The notes under the pieces were generated by a model. The model saw only the letters and a program-made list of their open reading frames with translations, was not told the DNA's origin and made no database searches. This document shows positions 1 through 11,166 of a stretch of 64,000 nt of DNA, in pieces; position 1 is the first letter of the stretch; every line of letters begins with the position of its first letter. The DNA is taken from contig NC_134025.1 of the NCBI RefSeq assembly GCF_964204645.1, forward strand, positions 12,710,001-12,774,000. The letters are read 5' to 3'. This DNA comes from Tubulanus polymorphus. Its lineage: Eukaryota; Animalia; Nemertea. The position numbers and the translations under genes were made by a program.

Positions 1-1000
1 TTTTTCGAACAATGGGGACATCGGTTCCCAGCACAATCATTTCCTTTCTTCTTTTTAACTGCAATTGTTTTTTCACGACTTTTGGCAAGATGACATTTGA
101 GCATATGTGACGATATTCTGCCTCTGTAATGGGCAACATGCTCACAAGAATCACAATGATAGTGTGATCTTGTAATACAATTGTGTGAGCAGAGAACACT
201 GTACCTAAAAATTATGAAAAAAAATCCAATTTCAAAATGGAGTGCACGAGGGGATCCAGGTTCTTATTATGACTACCCGCAAATAGGTTTTTTTGGGGAT
301 ATTTCTCTTAAAAATTTGAACACATTTCAATTGCTAAAACGTCTGTTTTTACTCGTTTGAATAAGAGAAAAGAAACTCAATCTTTATTTTAAAAACTAGC
401 CTAAATCAATTTGAACAATATGTCTCCAGTCCATATGCCTACCATTTATAGGCCTACATTGGTTTCAAATCATCAACAATTATTGTTCGTACGCACGGCA
501 GCATGGAACATATTGTTTAAAATTTAAATGTGTCCGATTTTTTGTCAGTAGGGGAAAATGAAGACGCTTAGCAATCCTTAGTAAAATTATAGGCCTGACG
601 ATGAACCTCATCATCGGATCGATCACGCTAATAAAAATTTGAGGCCATCTTATTCAAGTATCATTCAACGTCTTCAATCAAACACAGACATTTCTATCTT
701 ACCTGTTATTAACAGTTAACGGTTAACATTATTTGAATTTAATGATGATGAAGATGATAATGATGCTATACCGGGTACCGGTACTTTTGATGACCAATGC
801 ACTTTTCGTACATGATTTATCACATTCAACTTTTTTTTTCCAACATATCTTACGTTAGAACATAACGGACAGTGGTAACGGTGGTTCAATGGCTTGTCTT
901 GGCAACATGACATAGAGCAAAGCTCTATTTTAGCCAGTATTTCGTCCACGTTTTCGAAGAACGTCTCCATTTGTTGTGTGGTTACCAAGGAAGCGGCCAT
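1..1000 (-). CDS. 5' part of an intron-containing multi-zinc-finger gene (HYHC-type fingers) that continues off the left edge. It resembles the N-terminus of HMGXB3/KDZ(CxC)-type transposon proteins.
   Basis: Exon 1 (ATG 1000 to ~772): CSMSCC...HRYHCPLC...HVRKVH. Exon after the ttttag acceptor at 205-206: YSVLCSHNCITRSHYHCDSCEH...HMLKCH, then a CPHC near the edge. Splice phase between these exons is not resolved. The family resemblance is from memory. Confidence 0.55.
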
Positions 1001-1601
1001 TTTTGCATCATGTGACTAATCAATTGCTGTGGGGAACACAGGCTCTACGGGGAACCATCTATCAGCCACATAGGAAGTGCGTATGCTATTGCACTTACAA
1101 CTGTCGTGGTGTTATGCGCCAAGTGGGAATATCGTGCCAAGTAAGAATTATCGGCGGAAGTACATGCCAGAGTAAGAATCAAAATGCAAACAACATCCTA
1201 TACTGAAACGTTGGCAATAGTAGGAGGCGCCACGGATACTTGCGCCAAGTTGGAATAACTTTTTCGACAAGTTTCGACTCAGCGATTTAACAGTTTTTTT
1301 CAGTTTTCAACATACAATATGATGTTCTTAGGTTCTACTGCTTGGGCATATTCTAAGAGGCCTTCAAAATACACTCGTGGTCTTGCTAATTATGGGCAGT
1401 CTTGTTATATGAACAGCGTTATTCAATCGGTTAAGTGTGTAGCAGAACATTTCAAACTGTTCTCTAAAAAGTCCGCAGAAAGCCAGAATTCAATGGAGCT
1501 TTTCAATAGATGTCGTAAGTATATATAAAGCCCATTTTGAAGGCTTTAAAGAATGGAAGTGGATATTTTGCCAACAATGCAGCATTATTTTAGTAAACCA
1601 A

Positions 1602-2086
1602 GTGGCTATTCGTACAGACACGTACGAATAATTCCGTAGGCTATTTGTACGCGCCCGTATGAATAATTCCGTAGGCTATTCGTACGCACCCGTACGGATT
1701 ACTGTGGAATTATTCGTACGGTCAGGCTAGTCAAAACATTCGGCTGACTGTCAGTGAGCTCAGTGGTCTAGTGGTATGATGCTGTGCTAGTTATTTACTG
1801 GCCCAGGTTCGAGTCTCGCTTGATCCACTCTATTGTTCTCTAACTATATTCTCCACACTTTCCTTGAATGGCGGGCGTTTATCGGCCAATCAGCGACAGT
1901 TATTAGCGTACAGATCCTTCACCCAGCACTGGCAGTGGTTGTCTCCACCAGTGATCTCCGTCGCTCTACGATCCTAGTGTAACCAATCCTGTGGTACATC
2001 AGACACTAAGATTCTTGGTGAAACAGATCCTAGTTCCGTATGAATAGCCTCCAGAGTAATCCGTACGGGTCCGTACGAGTAGCCAC
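1602..2086. mobile_element. MITE with ~45-bp TIRs and an internal tRNA-like module
   Basis: Left end gtggctattcgtacagacacgtacgaataattccgtaggctatt; reverse complement of right end gtggctactcgtacggacccgtacggattactctggaggctatt. Confidence 0.75.
1750..1828 (+). repeat. tRNA-derived (SINE-head-like) module, copy 1
   Basis: A-box-like agtggtctagtggta and B-box ggttcgagtc. No intact cloverleaf. A related copy is at 2236-2312. Confidence 0.6.
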
Positions 2087-5000
2087 AGCGATATGCTATT
2101 TTGCCAATGCCCAATGGCTATGAAATGTAACAATAAAATCGCGCCGGTTAGGGTGAGGTTTAGCCACTTAAGTGTCCGTTATTACCCATAGAGTTTTGGT
2201 AAAGGTGAGGCTGTAGTGAAAAATTACGGGTAGTTGTCAGTGAGCCCAGTGGTCTAGTCTAGTGGAAAGACGTTAGGCCAGTAATCTGGTGGTCCAGGTT
2301 CGAATCCCACTCTAGTCTATGCTCTTATTTTGTCTAGGCTAACTCTGTTCTCCAAACTTTCCTATGCAGCCGCAATTAGTCATTCAGAACGCGCCATTGG
2401 CAAAATAGTGTTAAGAGGAATAATACCGCATTGGCAAAATATTGGCTGCCTTTCTTATTATTAGACTATGTCATTTTTCCAATGACTTGTTTTGATTGCC
2501 TAATTGATGCTGCGCAAATGCAAAACTTTGAAAATTCAAGAAAATTTGAACAGATTTAGAGAAAATAGAGCGGGATTCGAACCCGGACCAGTGTATATAT
2601 CCTCTAAATATAAATATAAAATACGTTCTTGCAATCTGGCTGTAAGTTTTCAATTCATATAGCATTCAACGTATCGTATCTCAACCTTACCCTAACCCTT
2701 TCATCTCTCTAAGTGTAAAACGGACCCTTAAACTAACCCTAACTCCCTGGGCCCGGTTTTACATACAGGGATTAAGCCTCTAATTTGGGTTAGTTGCCCA
2801 ATTCGAATAAAAATTTTTAGGTTAATTTTCGATGCCCATTTCAAAAATGCAAATTAAGATATTTATCATATATCACCTACACATTTTTAGATTTAGGGCC
2901 TATTGAAAATCTCATTGGAGAAAGAATTGCAAAGAAAATACGGAACGATCAATTATACAATTTCATTGTACAACCAAAAAATCCTACGATATTTATGAAT
3001 GAAACCTTGTTCATGTTATAGGACTAATGCATTATGGGCAACTAATTCAGAATTATCTGAGATAATTTGAATTGGTTAATTATTCGCTAATTTGCGTTAG
3101 TGAAACAGATTTAATCATCAAATGATCTATGCCTAATTCGAAGAATTTTTGATTATCACCTTCGAATTCGAAGTTAACTGGCGTTCGTGAAACGACCACC
3201 GGTATTCAGACTAACTATAGATACCATATAGCCTATGCTATTATGATATATCTAACTGAAATATTTATCATCATCTATATATATTATTTTAAGTATCGCT
3301 ACTTTTCAGCTGCACCAAAATATACGGCCCCGTGACTTGACTTGGATGTCATTTGGGGCAGAGCCCTGTGAATATCAATGCCTGAGGAATAGCCTAATGC
3401 ATATCGGTTCAATTTTAGTCAAGTTACCTAGGCATATTTTTACCACAATTGCAAAATTGTCACCACTTTGCAAAATTGTAGCTCATTATGAGTTCTATGA
3501 TTGGATATATAGGCCTAATCATCATCATCAAATTTCGGTGAGGAGCCATAATTTGACATTATGCTTAGCCCATATAAAGGATGGGTACCGGTATATATGT
3601 TATCCTATGTGTATGACAACCTCCCTCTCCTGACTTGACGCGATGGAACTGAGCGCAGGAATACCAGCCAATTAGAGACCGAATGATCATAGTACAAATT
3701 TTGATTGCTACATTAGTGTCATTTGTATCATGTCACAAATATTTACCGGTAATTTCAAGTAGTTTCAAACGCAAACCAAACGTCCAGCATTGCAGTTGAC
3801 TGGACTAAAGATCTAGAAACGAAATTGGTAGAATTACGTAGTGAGCGGCCATCTTTATATGATGTCGCTTACACATTGTATTCAAAACAGAATCAGAAAG
3901 ATAAAAGTCTTAACGAAACTGCTTTTCAACTGGAAATATATTTCGCAATTCAAAATAATTTAAATCTATCCTCAAAATGCTCATGACCATGTGATCCAGT
4001 GCAGTTGCCAGTAATCGGAACCGGACAAAAGCAGGGAAGCAACTGGGAGGATCTCATATCCCGCTAATCAGCCTCAAGCCAGCCTTAAGGGTGGGATGAT
4101 AGTTAATTTGTCTAATCGTCTCACAGCCAAGCATTCCTATTGTTCATAGAATTGACACATAACATCTTTGATTTAGAGGTAAAGCAGGATAATTTCACCC
4201 AGACACTGGAGGATCTGTGTCTAGTTCTGCGAAGTACATCAGCAAATATTAGTCATGTAGTGAATCCTAGTGCCATGAAATGTCTTTTGCCTAGTACGTA
4301 TTTACTTTGATCAAAATTTCTCATTATACTGCAATTTTTAGTCCTTTGAAATAAAATATCTCTAATTCATAAACTAGATTAGTTGTGTAATTTGAGAATT
4401 AAAGTGTTTTTGACCTAATGTTTATATTTCAATTTCCTTTTCCTCACAGAATAATGGCAAAATGGTTGGTATATATAATCTTCCTATTTGTTTTTCATCA
4501 ATTTTCTTTGCTTCACATTGTCTATGTAAATACTCTACACATATAGGCTTCATCTCAGGGTATTAAGTATTAAGTAATCCACATGATTATGTCTCATTAC
4601 AATGCAAATGCTTTTTAACCCACTTGGGACTTAAATCCTAGCGGGCCTAATTTGTTCACTTTTCATTCATTGTTTGTAGACAGGCCCCAGTAATTTGTGG
4701 AAAATTGAACTGTAATTGATGCTTCAATGGTTTGTTTTGATATTAGGTTAATAGCTACTTTAGATGCATCTGGAGCCAAAAACTGGCCTGATCAAATTCC
4801 AGATGGCTGGCTGGGAAATCTTGAATATGCTTCAATGAAGTTCCTTGATATTTTGACAAAAAAAGGTCACTTGTGCCCTGAATTCTGAGACCTGTAGCTT
4901 CCTAATGGTAGTGATTATGGTTTGCCATTATAATGTGTTGAAATTCGTGCTGGGTGAGTTTCAAGGTACATAATTCGTTTCTGAGTATGATCACCAGGCG

Positions 5001-7402
5001 AATAACGGAATAATGTGGTATTTGATTATTTTCAGATTGTCAAGCATTTCGCCAGTAGGCGTGGTGTCCTAGTTGTGTGGTTGCACCAAAAGTCTTTTTT
5101 CACCTTATTGCAGCGATTTAGGAAAACATTTTATGTGCCTATCTCAGGAAAAGTGATCAGATGGGCTTATACTAGGAATAGCCTGTATCAAACACTTTTG
5201 ATATGATATTTAATTATAGTATGATTTCTTGCCAAACCAATGACAGTCACATAGGCGTTATTTTCTTGGAAATTCCATAGGTATCCCCTAATTTTGAGTA
5301 GGGTCTTAAATGACTAGAGCCTCATTGCCACTTGCTTCTGTATCTGAAGACTTTGAGGTGACCACAATGACCAGTGCAAATTGAATATTTCACTCCTATT
5401 TCATCTGTTTTCTGTTTTATATATGTTGCTTCGCTTCATGACTTTTATGCTATTCATGTATGTTATACACTACTATGATCAAAATATGTAGGTGATGTCT
5501 CGAGGAATGAGACCCTTGCCTATCTGTTCTATAATGAAGAGCTGGATGGTTTGGTGTTCATACACAACCGTGGTGAACTGGAAAAAAATGTGGTTTTGCT
5601 TCTTTCTCACTTCTTTCTTCAACTTTCCTTTACTGAACCAAACTGATTTTCACCCCATTTTATCTTAGATATAGGGCTCTACTCAAGACGTCAGTGTGAT
5701 GCCCATGAGTTCTTCATTCGTTGGATGAGTAAAATTGAAGATGAAAATTCAAGGTAAACAAAATGAATGAAGCAACGAGCGAATGAACGAATGCAATTAT
5801 GTTTATACTTATCAAAAAATTGAGGCTAGATAGATGATGAATATAATGTGTGTTTATTTTTTCTGTTCTGATTTTAAACAGATTGTTAAGTTTTTCCATG
5901 GTTCTCTTCAAACAAAAGGTATTTTAAGTAGCAAAGCTTTTCAAGCAATGATTCATTCATTTTTACTACACTTAATTTTCACATCAGTAAGCCCTGTTTG
6001 AATATTTTATGACTTTCTCTTTCAGTCATCTGTAGATCCTGTTCTACTGAATCAACACAAACTGATGGATTCACAAACCTCAGTCTATCACTAGGGGTGT
6101 GTAGCTGTGTTTTTGGTCCCTTAAACCGCTGAATATTTCTATATGTTTCCTATAAATAGTTCCTATATGACATTTGAGATTTTCTTTGTATTTCAGAAGG
6201 ATAAAGGAAAAGGAGTCACAACCCTTGTCTTGTTACTTAATTCATATTTTTGTAGTGAGGAACTGGATGACTATGAGTGTTCCCAGTGAGTTTGTTATGT
6301 TTATTTCATGTAGTGATCATAAGTACTGATTCCATATTTATAGGTATTATCTTTTAGCTATGATTTCATTTCCATCGTTTTTCATTGAAGTTGCAAATTA
6401 AAGGTTGCAAGGAAATCTACTAAACCTTTGAAGGCTCCTGAATGTTTAGCTATTCAAATTAACAGGTAAATACTTAATCTGTCAATTTGGTTAAACTGCT
6501 TTTGTGTAACTGAAAACACATTTTTTGAGGCACCCTGTAGAATGGTATTTTACGCATGGCATACGGTATGAACAGTATCTCTAGAATTGATTGGTGGAGT
6601 TATAACTAATAGACTGTCTTGTCCTTTTAAGATTCAGTAAGACATTGGAAAAAAGGAAATGATTTTGTGAGATTTGATGAAGTTCTTAGCTTCCACAACG
6701 AGGTATGCTCATTTACTGAAGATATTCTAGTTTTTTAGGAATACTGCACATAAATAACACTGTCACATATTTTTCAGAATTTTAAACTTTGCAGTGTTGT
6801 GGTTCATCAAGGCTCTTCTTTGGAAGGAGGACATTATATATCTTTTGTTTGCGATATTGATGGTAAATGGTTTGAAACAAATGACAGTAAGGTACTGTAA
6901 ATCCATTGATCATTTGCAACCAGGAATATTTTATCATTTATTGATTATTCATCAGACACCTGGCAGCTATGTCTTGAACATGAGTCAGATAACTAAGGCG
7001 AATCACCATTCTGACGCAGCACCTAATTCTTTAATCTGGTTCATGCCCATTCTGTCACATTATATAACAAAAACCAATGCAAAATGTGCAATTACAGGCA
7101 AAAGTGACTCAAAAGTTTTATTATCATAAAATAATCGCTGCGGACAAACCCTTTGGAACCACAGGAGCTCTATATAAAAAACAAGCATACATCCTGTATA
7201 TTTTTGTCATAATATCAAATGAGGACAGAGAAGTTAGTTCCGTTCATTTGCACAATATAACGTAACTTAATCTTTATTTTAGGTATTGAGAGCCAATAAG
7301 GATTGGGTCCTATCCCAGAATGCTTACATGCTATTTTATATAAAAGTACCAGTATGTGTTCTTTCTTATTTTGTCATATAATATTCAACTTTATGTAGTT
7401 AA

Positions 7403-7700
7403 CCCTTAACTTGCTGCAGGCTACTGAGTCGACACACTGGGGATCTGCCGTAGGCAACTGTAGTCAATAGCCCGGCCTATCTCGCATTAAAAGATTGTTT
7501 TTATGTCACAAGCGCCTCGCAGCGCGTTGAGCCTCTTCAGACATGGCAACTGCCTATACTCGTGAATCCGAACCCGGAAGTGATTTCACTTTTCGCGCTG
7601 GGCCCCCAAAAATGACCCCACCCAGTGTACCCCCTCTTTCAAAAATCGGAAGTTTAATTTCATCAACATGCAAATGATCTTGCTGCCAGAAGGTTAAGGG
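7403..7700. mobile_element. Non-autonomous piggyBac-like element
   Basis: TTAA on both sides (7399-7402 and 7701-7704). Termini CCCTTAAC...GTTAAGGG. Confidence 0.75.
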
Positions 7701-7736
7701 TTAAACTCGCCAGTAATGCACGATACAACGGTAATT

Positions 7737-8283
7737 AGGATTTAGGATGTAATATATATTTTTAATGAGTCTAAATATTATTTTTCAGACAAGGACAACA
7801 GCAGATAATTCACACCAACCCGATCCTCAGGTATGTGAAACATTTTACACGTTGATTTTTCTAAAAATGTGTCATTACTTGGAATTTAGGATGCAGTATA
7901 TATTTGTAATGAGTCTAAATATTATTTTTCAGACAAGGACTACGGCACATAATTCACACCAACCCGATCCTCAGGTATGTGAAACATTTTACACGTTGAT
8001 TTTTCTAAAAATTTGTCATAACTTGGAATTTAGGATGCAGTATATATTTGTAATGAGTCTAAATATTATTTTTCAGACAAGGACTACGGCACATAATTCA
8101 CACCAACCCGATCTTGAGGTATGTGAAACATTTTACACGTTGATTTTTCTAAAAATGTGTCATAACTTGGAATGTAGGATGCAATATATATTTGTAATGA
8201 GTCTAAATATTATTTTTCAGACAAGGACTACAGCAGATAATTCACACCAACCCGATCCTCAGGTATGTGAAACATTTTACACG
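7737..8283 (+). repeat. 144-bp tandem repeat (4 copies), each an intron plus a 42-bp phase-0 micro-exon (TRTTADNSHQPDPQ)
   Basis: Exons 7789-7830, 7933-7974, 8077-8118 and 8221-8262, each with a tttttcag acceptor and a gtatgt donor. Confidence 0.85.
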
Positions 8284-8522
8284 TCGCCCAGCCGCCCCTG
8301 TATGTGTTTATGAGTTGTAGGTTTAGATGTTGTATTTTGGGTGTCGGAAAATGGTCGGTTTCATGTGGAGATCAGTGTGACTTGTTTGAATCTTGAATCT
8401 TGCAATGGAGTCTGATCATTTTCACACCTTTAGATTATTGTATCGCTATGAAATTGTATGTGATGGCTAAGGATTAGAATGTTATTACCGGGTACGTATA
8501 TTTCTAATTATTCCATCCATCT

Positions 8523-8639
8523 GGGGCCCAGTTTCACAAAAAGGATTAAAGCCAAAATCGATCAAAAAAAGATAAACTGAATTAATGAAGAAATTAAATC
8601 GATTTAAGAGTTAAAACTTTTTGTGGAACTTGGCGGCCC
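8523..8639. mobile_element. Short PIF/Harbinger-like MITE
   Basis: ggggccccagtttcacaaaaa...tttttgtggaacttggcggccc form imperfect TIRs. Similar ends occur at ~2748 and ~52940. Confidence 0.45.
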
Positions 8640-8915
8640 ATTTTACTCTACTTTATTAGTGCGAGGATGTAGTGTATCATGCTAAATTTCAGTAGGCTAG
8701 GCCTACTTGTATCCAGTCATGTGCAATATGTACATAGGATTATTAAACTAAGATGAATGTATAGTTCTCTACTCATTTATGAATTGTATTCTTTTTTATT
8801 CGCATATTTTATTTGTAAAATTGTAAAATGAACAAGTTAACTATGAAATAATAATCGATATATTATGTTAAGTTTATAATTCTTCTCGTTTTCACTGTCA
8901 GGAGAGGAGGAAGCC

Positions 8916-9113
8916 AATGCCTAACGAGAGAAATCCCAGAATAGAATCAGCCCAAAATGAAAAGTTCTATAGCAAAGTGGTATATATTTTGAGCAACATA
9001 TATGCTAAATACTATTAGCCATCATCAGATTATACCGATGTATATAGAATTTTACTCAAGAACTTAACATTTTTGGCTGAATCTATTGTGGGATTTCTCT
9101 CATTATTCATATT
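8916..9113. mobile_element. MITE (inverted repeat)
   Basis: gagagaaatcccagaatagaatcagcccaaaatg is inverse to catttttggctgaatctattgtgggatttctctc. Confidence 0.6.
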
Positions 9114-11166
9114 GTTTATCTTTCAAGACTAAGTCTCTTTTGATTTGCTTATTTTATGTGTGAGACCATAGTAAGTGAGGGCAAGTCAAAGAGGCTGGTT
9201 GCAGTAGTGATGTGCTGGAGGCATTTGGAATGACACTACACCTCCGAGGACCAGAGAAGTAGGAGCCGGTGTTTGGATGACTGATCTCGTATCTTGTCAA
9301 GGACCCTGACTTGATTGAGTACCTGGCAGACACTCGTCCTGATTGGTCAAGTGACTTCATTTAGATAATGTAGTCACCTGGGAAAGATTTCGCACTCATC
9401 TCGGACACTAGTTTACCCCTTTTAGACCTTTTATTCCTGGAGTCGGCCATTATTCATTCATCAACCTTCAGAGGATGACATTTTCCCTTTTCACTACCAC
9501 TCCCCGGGACTGTTTGACGATGGCGGACCCTTGTAGATAGCCACGCCCTGACGAAGAAGCCTTTAGATTCTGGCGCATAGGATTTCGTTGATATTTTGGA
9601 CATGCTACATTGGCTTCACTGGCACCATAGGGACAATCACTATATGTGCGTACATATAGATATGTCAGCGGCTGATCCAGGGGTTTGCGCAGAGGGCACG
9701 TGCACCCCCCTAAGGACATTGCTCTTTTTTTAGAGTCTGAACCTTTTCGTGAGAAAGAAGAAAGAGCATGTGAAAAATCCCTGAAAATGTGTTGGCCTAA
9801 GCATTGTTGTCATTTACCGATGCTTTTATCTGCAGTCCTCTAGTTCATGGAGTTTCATCGATGTTCATTGCTGCATTTGGTTGAATGACTGGACTGGTTC
9901 CAGACGTACTCTGATTGCGCACCTAGTTTTTAAAGATTATAGCCCTTGATTTTTTTCCTCTTACACTCGCTTGTGTGCATCCATATTGAACTCACTTGTG
10001 TGCATCCATATTTGAATGTAGTTTATAGTTTTGTCAACCCTCTACATTTTATATTTGATAGGCCTCAAACAGTCGCACTAAAGCTTCTGTGTCATGTGAC
10101 CACATGCCAGATGATGATAAGTATGTTTTGAGAAATGACGTTTCCACTGAGACATGCTCATTAGAAAACTAGAATTTCATCCCATGTTAATGATAGATTT
10201 TCAGATACAAATCCTATAGATCATTCAGAGAAAGCACATGACTCTGCTAAGAAAGCATCATCTAAGTAAGTCTATCTATGAAACTTATTATATTCTAAAA
10301 GGTTTTTCAGGAAAAATTTCAACAGGTCTTGATAGTCTTAATGTTTAATAATTGACTGCATTATCGTAGGATACATCTCCTTGCTCGGAATTGTGGTCTT
10401 TTGTTCTCTCCCCACCACGGATAGTTTGATATTAAATTTAATATTTTCCCTTTATATTGGTACGTATGCATATTTTGTTAACCCAATCAATTGCACATTG
10501 GTAGCCCATGATATGGTATGGTTATGTTGAGTTAGAAGGCGATGGCTTCTGCTATATGTTAACCATGGAATATTATGGTATATATGCTCAATTGATTGGC
10601 ACTATGGCATTTAAAAGTCAGTGTCATTCATCTATTGCTGTATTTGTTCATCAGGGGGTGTTGAATATTGAAATTTTGGCTGTCAAATATTTTTCGAAGT
10701 TGTCAGTTTAACTAGTTTAACCAAGAAAACTTTATTGATTAAAAAAAGAGCACAATTGGTACAAAATATTATTCAATGCCCACAAATGCTGGTGGTTAAA
10801 CCTAAGATTCGCTTTATGGTTCAGTTTGTTTTAGGATACAAAATTGTTCATTTTATTACGTAAGATACTTGAGACTAAAAGCTGGCCAATTTATTCGCTA
10901 CAATAAATTTTCATTCATTTTATAACAGAATTACAGATGATGTGTAAAGATCTGATGTGAAAAAAAGAGGTAAGCTAAGATAGCATGGGTTATTCAGATA
11001 CATTCTCACCTTTGTTTTATAAAATACCTTTGTTTTATAAAATCAGAAATGATTTCCTGGTGGGAATGAATCTTTTTCCTTACTGCTAGGCCACAAATTA
11101 AAATGATTGGTTTCATAAGGCATTAGGCCTATGTATGAATGTGAATAGAGGTGTTTCATTTTTTAG

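Larger units (their letters stand above)
1555..2450. mobile_element. Outer non-autonomous inverted-repeat element hosting the 1602-2086 MITE. It has its own tRNA-like module at 2236-2312.
   Basis: atattttgccaa..gcattatt at ~1563 and tattttgccaatgc at ~2097 are inverse to gcattggcaaaata at 2395-2442. Internal ggttagggt motif and gtcagtgagcccagtggtctagt...ggttcgaatccc. Confidence 0.5.
1332..7351 (+). pseudogene. Ubiquitin-specific protease (peptidase C19/USP) domain, multi-exon. It forms the N-terminal part of the large plus-strand gene.
   Basis: GT-AG exons: 1332-1514 (Cys box GLANYGQSCYMNSVIQ), 4177-4293 (VVNPSAM), 6026-6096 (ICRSCSTESTQTDGFTNLSL), 6197-6285 (EELDDYECS), 6391-6465 (CK..K..LKAPECLAIQINR), 6632-6702 (+1 frameshift in an A-run), 6778-6891 (His box VVVHQGSSLEGGHYISFV..GKWFETNDSK), 7283-7351 (NAYMLFY). 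The QQD-box exon was not found with confidence. Confidence 0.9.

Noticed and set aside
1750-2312. Functional tRNA genes
   Set aside because: A and B boxes are present, but acceptor and anticodon stems do not pair. They lie inside repeats.
7765-8313. 182-aa ORF as a standalone protein
   Set aside because: It is read-through of the micro-exon/intron repeat.
9140-9720. Short ORFs in the intron region
   Set aside because: No recognisable domain. Probably decayed repeat fragments.
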